Translations under genes and position numbers: made by a program
Assembly (NCBI RefSeq): GCF_963853765.1
Contig: NC_088854.1
Location: 42,470,001-42,534,000 of the forward strand
DNA length: 64,000 bases
Direction of reading: 5' to 3'
Source: Magallana gigas
Taxonomy: Eukaryota
The notes under the pieces: generated by a model
What the model saw: only the letters and a program-made list of their open reading frames with translations
Databases searched by the model: none
Told to the model about the DNA's origin: nothing
Part shown: piece by piece, positions 41,278-56,100 of the stretch
How the letters are laid out: each line of letters starts with the position of its first letter
Numbering within the stretch: the stretch's first letter is position 1

Positions 41278-44200
41278 TAATAGTGATCAATTTGTTGTAA
41301 GTTTAAAAAGGAACGATTTTAAATTTTGGGTAAAGGTGGGTTAAAAGGGTGTTCAATGAAATACCTGCGTTAAAATTGTGGACATGATGAATTATTGTAA
41401 TTTTGTGAACAAAGCCTTTTCTCCGGTATATATACAGTTTCTTTAATTTGTCTATAGTCTATATATGGCGATGTAGAATGCGACAAATTGGCAAATCGTC
41501 TGTAGAACAGACCGCTCGTAAAAATTCTCAACAGACAGTAAAAAACGCCCACAAGAGTCATCACACGAATTTACTGTCTCAGCAACAGAAACTCGTCATT
41601 ACTTTCTTTAGAAAATTCTTTCAAATCAAACCCACTTGGACAACAATTACAGAAATACGATCACGGAAGGGTTTGGTTTTTTTTATTTGATACATCCAGT
41701 GTCGACACATAGATCTATAGATCATCAACAGTCGCGGTTGTCCGTCTCGGACGCGCAATCAATGTCCTGTATCAATAGTCTACTTATTTGGGCACTGGCC
41801 ACCCTTGGTCCACGCGACAATTTACAGTCTTTGCTGGCACGATACTTTAGACAGCTGATAGAAGAATTAACTTGACTCCCCTCCCCCCACCCCCAAATCT
41901 CGATCGTTTCATTATTTTAACGTACATGATAAGTAAGGGAGAAAATCTGAAAACTGTCCATTCTGTGAGAGAAAGAATTGTTCGAGGTAACTTAATGTAC
42001 AGGTTTTAAAAATCCAAATATATAACGCTATATAATGTACCAAAAACATAAAGGATTACATAACAAAAATGTTTTAAGAACTTATAGTAATCGTTAAACT
42101 CAAACTTGATTTTCCCTCATTTCGATCGTTTCATTTAATTTTTTTAATCATGTTTTTGAAATCGTCCGATGAATAATACTTTTTTCTATCAAATTAAGAA
42201 TTTTTTATTCAGAAAGAAAGGTTTCCGCCCATTTCCCTACCCCCCCCCCCCCCCCGTATGAATTATTTGCAATTTATTGGCGTTTCTTACTAAATCGTGT
42301 AAAGGTGATCCCTACCAAAACCTACTGCATAAATTTTGAATCAATATGCATGTAACATATCGCATCTTCGCACTTTCGCTCCTTCGCCTTCGCAACTTAG
42401 CACTCTCGCATCTATATGTAAAATTATGTTCAAAGGTCGAAGTGGCCCCATACTTTGGACTGTTTTAGTGTACATTGTACAAAACTGTTACAAGAATTGT
42501 AAGCATTTCCGCGGGATCGGATATTGGAATCATGAACACGTGTACAGGTGGATTCGATGACACGCGAAATTTGTTTCGTTAATCCTGCAATTTTAGCGAT
42601 ATGTGAAGAAAAAAATGTTTGATCTTAAAATTCAAATCCCAGACACATGAATGTTTTAGTGTTCCTATCAGCTGAAACCAAAGCAGAAGTCGACTTTTGC
42701 TTTGGTTTCGGAAATAAATGCAACAATCAAAATTACAAAGGAAAAACAAAGAGTACAAGATTTATCAATTCATATTTGAAATACTTACAGGCTACTGGTA
42801 CACGCATGAATAAAAGATGAAAATCTTCTAAAAATAAAGTTCAAGGATCCTCGCTAACCGTCAATTCATTTGAAGCTTCTAACTGAAGCTGGGGTGCTTG
42901 GATAGTGCCCTTTCTAAAAAGTTAAAACCCCATGGAGAAAATCTAAATAAAAACAAACAAACAAAAAACAACTTAGATACAATATATGAAAGGTTTAGCT
43001 CTTTGACTAATCATACTGACGATTGACTTTGATCAATAATTTTCTTTAAGCCACGATCGCCACACATTGAATTACATTGAATCACGTTACATTGGTACAC
43101 GTGGTGATATTTATTTTGAAGATCAGATTACATACAAAATGCTCAATCGATGATATAGTTTAACTTTTTTGGGGGGGGGGGGGGGGGGGGGTTATAGTAT
43201 AAGCCTTCAAAATATAGATCGAAAAATCTCGACAAATCTCGACAAAATACTTTATATATCAGAGAAAATAAATCTTGCAATTATATTTGAACGTGTCATA
43301 ATTTGTTTTATCAGGCATATAAATAAGTATTGGGAGGATGACAGAAATTGTTTGGGGTTGACTTAATGTCCCCAGCTGTTGGCCTGCTCGCTTTACCGGT
43401 TACCTGTTAACGATGTGATGGCCGCAACATCTTGAAGGGAGAATCTTAGACAAACACCTATCGATAGCAAAACAGCATCGTTTTTAAAAGTGGTTTGGGG
43501 AGGGGGTGGTTGGCAAACCTACCCCAAAATATCTTGACTAGCCGAACCCCATCCTAGAAACAAAAGCACAAATACAACTTTTAAACTTAACCTCAAATTC
43601 CTAATAAGGGGGATGGGGCATCTGGCTTAACTAGTTTACGTTTATAGATGGTAAAGAAAATAAAGGCTAAGCCCCCCCCCCCCCCCCCCATCCTCCCGTT
43701 CGGGACCAAACAAGTTCTGATTCAGAATATTTTCCCGAGGTAGGGATATTAAACTTTAAACAATTTATAATAACGATGGTGTAGATGATAAAGTAAAACC
43801 TATATAGTAAAATATCAGAAAGGAAAAGGGGTGCTGACACCCCCACCCCTCCTCCAATGGATATACTACTGACGCTTGTGTAGTGAGTTTCAGTTTCAAC
43901 ATGTTCAACGACGGCGAAAATCTGTTACAGATACAACCATCAAATACTACTGATATCAGTATGCAATCGAACGTCGATAACGACGTATAAACATCTGAAG
44001 CACATATGCTTAAAAACCGTTGAAACATTTGATTCAGTGGCAAAGTATATTTATGTGTTTAAAACAAGTAAAGATATTAACTATTAGTAACATATTTTAA
44101 ATACAGCCTGTTCAATGTCAATCTATTTCATGCGTCGACTAAACTTTGAGAAACGCTTCAAATCTTGTGAAAAATACAATTCAGTGGAATCTTGACATCT

Positions 44201-44399
44201 TTAATAAATACTAAAAGTTTTGAGTTGTGTAAATAAAGTAACGCTGATTATCTGTTGGACCGAATTTTAGCTCACCTGTAATTAATTTAATTCTTTCCTT
44301 TTTAAAAAGAAATTTAGAAATTACATGTACCTGGACAAAAAATTATGGTGAGCATCCGAGACATCCCTAAGCTCAAGCAGGACAACGTCAAACCAAGTC

Positions 44400-44900
44400 A
44401 AAACAACAAGAGACCCATGGGCCTTAACGTTCACCTGGGTATAAAGCAACACAAAAAAGAGATGTATTTTTTTTTATCTGGACGAAAAATTAAGAAATTG
44501 TTAATGTTTAAAGATGTATGGTATAAATCTGAATGATTTATAAGATACAAATTATTCATGTGTCTAGGAGAACAAAATAATTACCCCCTCCCCCAAACAA
44601 AAAAAAAATCATTAATTGAAATATACATCAACCCCTTCAAATACTGGTGTAAAAAATAAATCTAATCAAGATCTGCCCAATACCAGATTTTTTTTTTGTC
44701 AAGAAGCTGAAAATGTTGATAGAGGATGTCTGCATAAAGACAGATTATTAGTGATCACAAATGTATGTCACCTTGGTAACACAGAGTGTTTAATTGTATT
44801 TGATTGAATGATCACTTTTTAGCAATGATTTCAATGAAGCAGGGTCAAAATATGTTTTTAGTTTCATTTTACTCTAAAAGGAGGTAAATTGAAAATTAAT
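44400..44900. mobile_element. Degenerate Helentron-like fragment
   Basis: AACAAGAGACCCATGGGCCTTAACGTTCACCTG resembles the end of the 8356-9863 element. Confidence 0.4.
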
Positions 44901-45911
44901 AAATCTACTATATATGTGGTACTTTCCATCAAAAAATATTTTCTTGTTTCTAATTATGCAGCAATTTGCTCCCCTTATCATTAAAGCATCACATATCAGT
45001 ACAAGTAGGCGTTAAAAGAAAATTACTTTTTCCCACTTATTAGTAATCAAATGACAACATCCAAAACAAAATGAAGATAGAGTCAATCTAAAAATTATTC
45101 ATTCATAGTATGTTGCCTCTGAATTGTGTACACATGAGAATTAAGCAATCTTGAAATGCCTCTATTATCAACCAAGTGCAGAGGCTTAAAGTAGGCATGG
45201 GACCTCAATTTTTAGTAAACACAATTTTCTTGTCTGTAGATTCTTATTTTCAGAAAACTCAGACTCTGCAAAATAAAAAAAGTCAGCAAGTTCCAAACAA
45301 TAGTCACTCACAGACAATTGTTGATTTCTCAGAATGTTCAGTGTTATCTTCCTCTTAAGAGAAAAATCATCCTATCCATCACTACTAGTTAGCACAAGAG
45401 GAATGTCACATTACCCTCAGTGTGAAATGTGATTGATCTAAATGTGTCTGGGTCATATACTCATGAAAACAGAGACATCTAAATGAGGACCTCTCTCCTT
45501 TTATGGATTGCGTTTGCTATGGTTATGTTTGGCCTGCTGAAGAGATGGATATGACTATAGTGGTATTTACTTTCACATAGTCTCTTGATGATGTATGGTA
45601 TACGAGTCTGCTAATAGTACATGGGCTCTATGCAGCTTGTTCAAACTTGGCATACAATCTAACTTCAGAACTGTAGCATTCTGAAAAATATTTCGATTGC
45701 ACAACATCCTGTTATTCAAAATCTTTTTCAGCTTTCAACCTTGTATGATGAAAATTAGTGAATTCCATCTTCATCAGAAAGTTTTAATCTCATCCATATA
45801 CCAGTATAATTATGTTAAAGACATCTACCAGTACATTTATTGTTTTTCCACATTTCACCACACAATTACTTTAAAAATATGCACTGACATACATATATGA
45901 ACATACAGTAA

Positions 45912-46190
45912 TTAAGGGTTCTCCACACACCTGGGAAAAGTTCTGCATAAAAGCCCATTCTTCGAAATTACTTGAAGATTTTTAGCATGTGCTTGACTAT
46001 AAAATGAACCAAAAATTTCAATTTTGGGGGGAAAAATCAACTTTTCTTAATTTTACTGCGATTCATGAAAATAAAAGTCCATGCAGTATTCAGACTTGGG
46101 ACCTGCAGGTTGGAAGACCGAAGCAACACCAATTGCGCCACAGAGATAGACGACAAATTTTGGCGATATAAACTGTTTCACAATGCCCTA
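45912..46190. mobile_element. Partial TTAAGG-type element related to the one at 47589
   Basis: TTAAGGGTTCTCCACACACC start and degenerate tRNA-like segment ~46085-46145; right end not found. Confidence 0.4.
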
Positions 46191-47056
46191 AAATTGCCAT
46201 ATTGTGATGTACTGTCAGGGCTTCATTAGATTCTTTCGTAAACTGTCATTGTTTTATCACAGTCATAGTTCATTAACATTCTTCTGTGTCTTTTTCTCTC
46301 CATATCGACTTATCTTTTCCTGCATTTAAGACATTTTAATTACAGGGGAAAGGACAAATCACCCTTATCTTAGCATAATTGTTTATCAATCGAACACAGT
46401 CCTCTAAAATGAATTCTATGGATATACACAGACAGCACTGCAAATAATCACATTTTGCATGCACGACCTGTAATTGTGTAGTTGCATTTGATACAATCTT
46501 GAATTAAAATGCAACTACTTGTATTGCAATAAATACTCACATTTTCTTGCATGATGTTTTTTAATATAATTGTTGTTATACATGAACACGGTAATGTGAT
46601 AAGATAACAATTACAAGCAAATTTGTGCAAGCTTCATAAAAGATGCAAAAGTCAAAACAGAATTCTGAATAAATTATGTTCCTTCTATTGTAATGGCATC
46701 ATTACTCTCTAGAGACAGAAACAAAATCCATGTACCGATGATAAACATATAAATATATATTATTAAAAAGCTTATAAACATGACAATGACTGTACACTGA
46801 CCATAATAAACAATTGTGAATGTGGTTTGTGCAAATCAAACCTGCACTTTCAATCAAGAATGGTAAAAAAAAAAAAAAACTCCAAAAAATCACACTCCCC
46901 CCCCCCCCCCACTGTTTTGTGGACTTTCATTGCAGTTATTCAGCTTATTTTATTTGTTTGTAGCATCCTCTGATGTGAACAACGAATAATTTTACTATTG
47001 AAATGACACAGAGGCCCTGGTTTTATGTTCTTTTGTTGGCGCAAAGTGTGCAAAGG

Positions 47057-47176
47057 TCAAGACGTCTCGTAATTTTCAGTTTTCATGTCGTTCAGTCCCA
47101 AATCTTCGTTCTGTTCATAAGTCCTCTCGTACTGTTCAATAGTCATTTCTGGATCGGGGTCTGGGGCGTACACATT
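47057..47176 (-). CDS. ZPR1: ZPR1 last coding exon
   Basis: [39 protein letters not shown]-stop. Confidence 0.95.
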   Translation of the reverse strand, partial: NVYAPDPDPEMTIEQYERTYEQNEDLGLNDMKTENYETS

Positions 47177-50100
47177 CTGTAAAGTAAAAAAAAATGGAGA
47201 TTAAGTTCTATTGACAATTGTTCTTGGCATTTAAACTGAATTGAAACATCAATCATTCATTAAGTTTTCACCAACTTGACTAGTTATGTAATTATAAACT
47301 CCTGTTTGATGAGTTGATCACTCTATTGATTTCATTTTGAAATAACAAAGTAAAAACACTACAGTTTAAATGATACAATACAAGTAGTTCAATGGCTAAT
47401 TGTACAAAACTTTTAATACAACGAGTAAACATTGAAAGAAAAGGAAGAATTCTAGTCAAAAAAATAATTGATGGCCATTTGTTTACACTGAAAAATTGTG
47501 CTACACTTTTCACTTATTTTCCTCCATGCTCCACCTTAATCTTTAATTTACAATTATCTTTATCTGTTACCAGTAAATTCTTAAGTACTTAAGGTGGCTC
47601 ACTACACCGTGAAATATTTTCTCAAATCAGCAGAAAATTGCTTGATTATGATAGGTATCATAATGGATAAGAAATATTTAAGTCTAATAGGCAAATCTGG
47701 ATGAAAAATTACATTGTCAAAAATATAATTCAGTTGAAATGAACAAAAGCTCCAAGCGGTTTCGAACTCATGATCTGCGGTTCAGAAGCCCAATATTTTA
47801 ACCACTGATCTACAACGATATACAACCCAATCGAACGATATAAACAGTTTAACAAAACATTTAAAATCACCATCTTGTGACGTAGTGTCTTAAAAAGTAT
47901 AAGTCTGGGTGAAGTGAGGTACCTTAATCAGGATAAGATTGACAAAATTCTGCATGGTGCAAACCATTTCTTAGTTCTACAGAAAAAAATAGTTGGGGGG
48001 TGGGTAGCCTCTTTTTTAAAGTCCTATCCAGCCCCTTGAGGAGTGATATAGGGAGAAGATGGTGGTTTGACCTATATGACCTTTGCCACTGACCTGTAGG
48101 TAGCTGTTCCCAGCAGGGTCATCCAGAATAAAATGGTCTCCTAGTCGCTCTCCAGATATGATCTACAAAAGGTCCATTAAACGTCACTGAGTATCATACA
48201 GGAATACTGAGGTAAAAGCGCTATTCTGCTCTTGTGGCTTAGAACACAATTTTGGGCTGTATAAACATATCGTTTTTTTGTATAATTTGCCACGATAACA
48301 TCATGGTAATGTTCATTGCTACTGAGATAGATCATCTGAAATCAGACCAGGCCATTAAATGAAAAAGTTGATTGTCCATCCATTTGACATTAATGCCCAA
48401 AATAAGTAAATGTACTTGTATCTTTTTTATGATGAAACAAACAAAAAAGATGTTAATGTTTAAATTAGAGAATGGAAATAAAACCAAGAATAACTACCAT
48501 ATTTAGTGAAAAATCAATTCTTTTTTTCATTTTGTAACAGCATGCATGAATTCATGACCTTGGCAATGGTAAATGTATTTTCGGAGAAAAAGCGAAAAAA
48601 AAAAAAAAAGTTGAAGCTCTATAATGTATCATGCAACCTTGTTTGGTCATGCCTCAAACAGATAATAAATACAGATGAGACTTGTACATTTATGACAGAA
48701 TAAACAGAAATAGAAAAATATCCTACACAACATAATATTAAAAAAAGGCTGAATCCTGCTAATCAAATCAGGTAAAATGCAGCGCCTCAGGCTAAGAGGC
48801 TCACAATTACCCTGGCATTTGGCGAAGCTCAGCCTCAAATAAAATGAGATCCATGGTGTAATTACAATGAAAATACGATGTCATAAATACATGTTATTCC
48901 AGTTAAAAACCGTTAGAACATCAAAATTCTTCTCTGCAAATCGATATTTCTACATGGAAATATACGAGGGCAGTAATTTGCAGTAATATGCCAGATTTAT
49001 AAATATGTCATATCAAAAGAAATTAAACACAAATTGATGTGTTTTCTAATCTACAGTTTACCATAATGACAAGTCATTCTTTCTGAACCAAATTGAAGTT
49101 TATAAATGAAAAGCAATTTTTTTGCAAGAAAGTACTTTAATGCACTGTATTAATTTCAATAGAATGCTGATATAGAAAAAAAATCCAGCAACTTCAGAAA
49201 CAATGGCTAGTGGTTTGAAATTCCCTAATGGTTAGTATTTAGAGCAATTCTTGAACTTTTTCTTTCTCCAGTGAGATATTAAATTCTGATAAAGATTTGT
49301 TAAAAAAAAAATCCTTTATTCAAGATATCAATCACAAGGCTTATTGGCAAGTTGTGATCTAGAATCCAAGCTGACAAAATCTTACTGGGCCTCTTGGAAA
49401 AAACCCAGAATGATGGATGGATGGATGGATGGATAGAGGAATGAAAGGTAACAGATAAATAATCCAGACAGGACGGTTACATCATCAACAAAAACAAAAT
49501 GCAGAACTTGCTATAGAGTGATTCTCAAGAATTTGTCAAGGGAATAAGTATTGACGGAAGGGGGGGGGGGGGTGGCAACATTTTGTTGAAACATTTTTTT
49601 CTTAAATTAACAAAAAATTAATTTTGAACAATAGCCCCCCCCCCTTTTTCAAGACAGTAATAAAACTTATAGTAAATTTTGAAGATTGGCAATGTGTTTT
49701 GTATTTTTTTTTTTGGGCTTCTCAAGATTTTGGGTAAGTCTTCCACCCCAACCCCACCCACTTAAAAAAAAAATACAATCCTACATTTTTTTCTCCTTCA
49801 TCTCCCTCTCTTTTTGTTTATGCCCAGATTGTTAGATGTCAAACAATAACTCATTCAGAGGTTCCACTGTATATTTTTTTCTAATATCATACATCTAAAG
49901 GGGCGTGTAGGTTCTACCTTAAATTAGATTTATCTATATATTATTTATATCTATTGTACCAAGAATGCCTGTAGACAGAGAAATATTCAAAGATCATTCA
50001 CCAAAGAAGCAACCACACGGAGTAATGTTATTCTGACTGAATGACTGCAATGCACACACTGCTAATTTCAGTATGCACCAGTCCAGCACCACTAAAAATA

Positions 50101-53100
50101 GGCTGATATCAATACACAATCTTGAATTAAACTGCATGAATCTAAAATTATTTCTGTAGAATTTGTCCTAACACCAAAGATCAATAACTAGTGCATTGTA
50201 CAATTGTTTGTTATAGTGTTGGACACAAAATTTGACTTGTTTTTAGTCTCTTTTAATGCAAAATATCTCTTATCAACCTAACTTATATGCCTATAAATAA
50301 GGAATATATCGAACAAATTTCACTAATGAAGAAAAAGATTTATTGATCATAATAAATAAGTTGTATAGTAGTTACTGAATTTACAAACTGCAATTTTAAT
50401 CACGGACATTCATGATAAAGATTACCATTGTTTGAAATACCAGTAAGTCATGATAGATGGATGACTCTTCAAGTACATGTACCTCGGTACTAGTAACTTC
50501 AGTACTAGTCATGATAATCCACACAATGACTAACCATTTACACTGAGGGGCTGCATTTGTGATGACTTATGTGTTGGTCAAAGAATTTCAAAAGATTGGT
50601 CGTGTTGAGAACGTGAAATAACTATGCACTGTCTTTTATGGTAAGAACACATTCACATTATAATATTTTATTTGCATGCTCTGTATGTGATAACTAGAAA
50701 TTGCTCACAATCTTAAGTCTTAGCAAAGTGCTGACCATTTATTTTATCATGGAAACCAGCAAAACTTGACACCTGTACAATCCATCAAAATGTCCACACC
50801 GACTCCAATCAGAGTTCTAAATTCTACTCTCTCCTTCCATTTGATACAATCTAACCTAACAACTTGTCCAATCTTACATTAGACTTTTTTTCCAAAGGTG
50901 CAGGAGGGATTACCGGTACATAGCTTGACTTCACTTCCACAACAGTTAATCAAGTATATGTGAAATGTGTCAGTATTATATAGCAATACATGTATTAACA
51001 TAAGGACACAAAGAAATGTTGCAAACATGTTTGGAATAATATTAATTGATGTACCGATATTTATTTGGATGTATAATGAGAATTCCCCCCTGTGTGTGCT
51101 TGTCAACCCCAAATCAATACTTTTCTGACCGAACCTCTTATCTAATTATAGTTTTAAAAATAATCATCGATTCAATCAAAAATCTGTAATTTCATCTTAA
51201 AGATTGGTGCAAACATGATTTTCAGACAACTGTTATTTTGCATGTAAGATACCAGTGACTATTTATTACTAACCTATATCTAGTTTGGTGGCAATTTAAT
51301 TTGTTGGAACATTTTCATTATTGTATAAACATGACCCTGTACCTTGTATCTATTTCATGTACTTAATCAAATCAATTCACAAGAGATATTTACAACAGTA
51401 AATTCCAGGAATGTTCCTCAAACCAAAGAAAGACAATTACTGCGGTACCTTTTGCACTTCCTGGCAGAATATCTCGATTTTACTGGCCCTTTCTTTATCA
51501 CTGCTGTCTCCCTTGAAGAATGGGTTGGAATCACTCAGCTGTCCTTTGATGCCCTCTAAGAGCCCCTCCAAGGTTGTGAACCTCCCTCCCAGGGTCCCCA
51601 TTTCAGCACAGAAATCCAGCTCTGGGATAGCCATAGAAGCTGTGTCACTCTACGAAAAAAATAATGAGAGGTGACCTAAAACTTTTGAGACAGGCATGAT
51701 AAAATCAGCATCCATCATGACCATGATGCAGCAAGTTTGATAATGATAATAAGCATACATAGGATTAAGGATAAGTTACACATGTAAAATGGTATATATT
51801 AATTATTAAATTAATGGATTACAGATGATAATACATGTATAGTGAACATTATATCACCAAAGCACTGCATTGATCTTTATAAAAATTTTGTTAATAAGAC
51901 TAAAAATCAAGATATACTGTTTATTGAAAAGTTTCTGTATATATAAGTTTAGAAAGATTAAGTCAAGCTTTTTCAGTGTACAGTGTATAAAAATAAACAT
52001 GGGTAACCTATGATACCAATATTATGTAATTTGAATGAATAAAACAGTTGTTTACAGGTTCATGATTTTTACACACAACAAATACCTTTAGGACATCTCT
52101 GGACATATCGGAGGTGTCCGTGATTTTGAGGGTGATTTTGGTCCCCTTTGGTTCGATTCCTGATCCTCCCTTTACCTCATTATCCTTGTGGCCACATGCA
52201 TCACAGACTGTGGCCATGATCACAACTTCTTTAAAATGTGGGATATCTTATTGGTTAAGAAATTAACTGGACATGTAGTCAAAATAAAAGTACATGTAGA
52301 CAGAATCTAAGCAGGAATAATATTTTTTCAAGTTTATAGACGATTAAGTCTGATCTGACGATGAATAACACACAGAATTGCAAAGTTGTCGCATCAACAA
52401 TTTAGGAGGCGTTCATTGTAAAATGGAAAAATGATAAACTTACCGGTATGACAATATTTATATAAAATCATGGGTATTTATCAATTTTGAGTTGTTCTTG
52501 CATATTATTTAAAGTTGAAAGTCAATAACAGTTGAAAAATTCAAAAGGATACCGACTAATTTCATATTTGTATCACATGGCACATTGCAGTTTGGACAAT
52601 TAGTTCTAAAGGTGGCCACCTGAAAAAGATATACCGGTATATGATACATAGAGACAGCTAGCTTTTCCTGTAAAATAAATTGCAGCATTTCATCCACAAA
52701 ATTTTTTAATAACTAAACTGTGTATAATTTTTTTTAACAAACAAAATAAACTTGGGAATAGCTACATATACACAGGTAACTAGGGACTGCCACCAACCTC
52801 AGACTTTCCATCAAAGAACTCCTCTTTTTTCTTTTCTTTGTCTCCTTTATTCTCCTTGACGTCTTCTTTTCCTGAGCTTTGTTGGGCTTCTTCTTGCTGT
52901 CAAATGTCATTGAAAATAAGCAATAACTTTTACCAACGTGAATGAAATGTTCATTACTAAAAACAGGTCATTTTAATCATGAGTTTTAGTGAAGTAGCAG
53001 ACATTCTACTATTGATATGTTTTAAGGCCCACTAAAAACTGCATGAATGAGAACAAGAAGTTGTGCGTGTGTTGTGTGAAGATTTTTAGTAGCATAAACA

Positions 53101-56100
53101 TAGAATGTGTATTGTCATTTCTCTTTTGGGGGAATTTTTTTTTTAATCAACATGACATGGGAATACTAGATGTATGAAAATTAAGTGGATCTTAACAACA
53201 CCTGGTGCAGAGTACTGACATCCGACCTTAAGAAAATTGGCAAAAAACATGAGAGAAGCAAAACTTTTCGCAAAAGACAGATGGGAATGGAAAGCCACTG
53301 TAGCGGTTCTCTGTCCCCCATGGCATGCAGTGGATTAAGTCAAGTACATGTGAGTAACACATGACTATAGTGTGTTACATACCTCCAGTAGACCCAGCTG
53401 TTCGTCTTGTTCTCTGGACCGTACATAATAGTGGATCGTCATGTCCTTGTCTACGTTAGGTGCATACGTAGCCAAAAGTTAAGGAAATCACAAACATTAC
53501 AAAGAGTCAGAATCTATAGCTTAATCATTTTAATATCACATACAATCATTCATATCAGAATCATATTGTTAAATATGTAAAGGATATGGATTCTCCATAA
53601 AACTATTTCCACTTGGATCATCTAAAATCTAAAACACAAGATCATCAAATTTAGAAATCATAATTTATTACTTGAGCAATGAACATTTTTCACTTGTTCA
53701 CTTAAAGACAAACCAGTTATTACTGTATACATGTATTTCAGTTTTGATCTCCCCGCATCAGCAATAAAAGATATTTCATTGTTCAAATGAACTGATAACA
53801 GATACAATCATATGAATACATATCTTGATATATCAGAATAACATTACTTTATAACAATACAATTATGGAAATGGCTTACAACTACATGTACAAGAGTTGT
53901 CCCAAAATCATATAGACTGAACACAGAACTTTAAATCTGTTCACTGCAAGTTTATAATACCACTATATTCCATGACATTTTGTCAAACAATACCCCAAAA
54001 ATTAAAACTTTTTTTTTTCATTTATGACATTGTGCCACTCGTTGAATTTATGATAAAGTATGCTTTCATTTTACTTATTTAATCTCAAACAATATTTGAT
54101 ATCAAAACATAATCTTAATGCAAAGTGGAACCCTATATGTGGCACACAAATTTCATCTTCCTGTGTCTTCAATGAATTGAAAAATGCCTCTTGTCAACCC
54201 TAATTTGGGACAACCCTCGTAAATGAATGATGTCAAAAGTACTGTCTTTGCTTCTAAGAATGAAACTCACGATTTCAAAGGGTTCTTTCAGTTCTTTTAG
54301 GGCATTTAGTTTTTCAATGAAGGCTTCAATCTGAGTGGCAACCTCAGGATTCTGGATCTACATCAATATGAATACAAAATCTTAATTAGTATATCAATTT
54401 ACCAGGGGTGCAGTTGTCAAACAAGCCAAATTTCAGGTAAGCATGTGCTTTTGCTTTAATTTTACTTCAAGATGTTGTATGTGAAAACGATACATATGTT
54501 AAGCATTTACATACAAATGAGAAAGACAGATACTTACTTTGCGGACTGGTTGGTCGTGAGACAGACCGTCAATTGCAGCCTGTATTACACCCTCCACAGT
54601 GGTCAATGCTAGGAAATGAATTCACAACATTTTGAATGAAGATTTGACAGCCTTATACCAATGATATTAAGAGTACGAAAACACAAAGGATTAAAAAAAC
54701 ACAACAAGGATCTTAAGTTTATAAATTTTGCATTTTACATGTTCTGTATCTCTTTTATTGTTAATAGCAGTTCCAGTTTATATGTGTAAGTCTTTGATTT
54801 TAACTGTAGAACAATAGGACGCAATAGTCTATAAACATGGATGTACATATCTCATATTAATAAAGTTACTTTTCTTTACATAATCTAATAATTTTTTCAG
54901 ATTTAATGCTACTAAATAATCATAAAAAACAAGAGCAATTAATGAAAAATGTGCAATGTATCTACTAACTATTCAACAATTTAGATATCAGTTTTCATCA
55001 GAAATACAAAAGAAATATAAATCTTACTTCCTTTATTTGGTGGAACTTCAAATTCAAGTTTGGGAATCAACACAGTGGCATTATCAGTCTGCACTATTTG
55101 CCTGTTTAAATCCTAATGGAAGAAAATCATATACACTTTGTAGATGTACAATTAAGGTATACACAGACAGACAGACTGAAAACCCACGTTTACATACAAT
55201 AAAGAAAATGTTACCATGCTGGCAAGAACATTGTTGTTTATATTTCTCATCATTAATTATTTTTCATATTTGCTAAAGATTATCCATAAGAACATGGTTG
55301 CAAAAACTTTAAGCTTCAAATCAGTTTATCACTGGTCTATTACCAAATCAAAGTACTGAAGAACTGACGGGAGTTGATTTTGTCGATGTTTATTTATTTT
55401 AAAATCAATAATATGTTATTTTGCATGACAAGTACATGTAGTTTCTAATTTGACTTACACACATTTTTAAAATTGAATTTTTGTTCTTTTTCGAAAAAAA
55501 TGTAGAGAAACCCCCATTTGAATCATGTTAAATAATTTAAAAGATAAAATTAATTCAATCAAACTATGTATCAGTAATAGAAATATTTCTCGAAATTGTA
55601 TGGATCCAGGCAATATTGAACTCTAGTCTCGTTCAACCAAACGCTCGCTGACACTGTAAATCTCCGACAAGGATTTACGGAGACAGCCGAAGAACTAAGT
55701 CTTGTTAGCAGCAATGATTTGTGCTGAGGTCCAAACACTGTTTCACTTTCGCTTTGTTGGAGTAACTGCATAGAAGAGTTGATTAAAATCAACTCCCAAA
55801 AACTAGTAGCAATTGAAAGTTTTTTTTACAATTTTAGAGTGAAATTTTTTTTTAGATAATTAAAGCAACATTTATTTGGTCCATTTTCAGATATTAATTG
55901 TCAGGAGAAATTTCTTTAAGAATTCTCAAAATTGAAATCATAGACAATTTTGCAAGCACAAGAAAAATAAAAGCTAAAGCTTTATATGCACATAAAACCA
56001 GTATTTCAACAGTACTTAAAAAATATGTTTACAGTTTATATAACATAGGTAATCACAGATTACAAAGCTCACCGAGACGAGACATCACCCTTATGAGACT

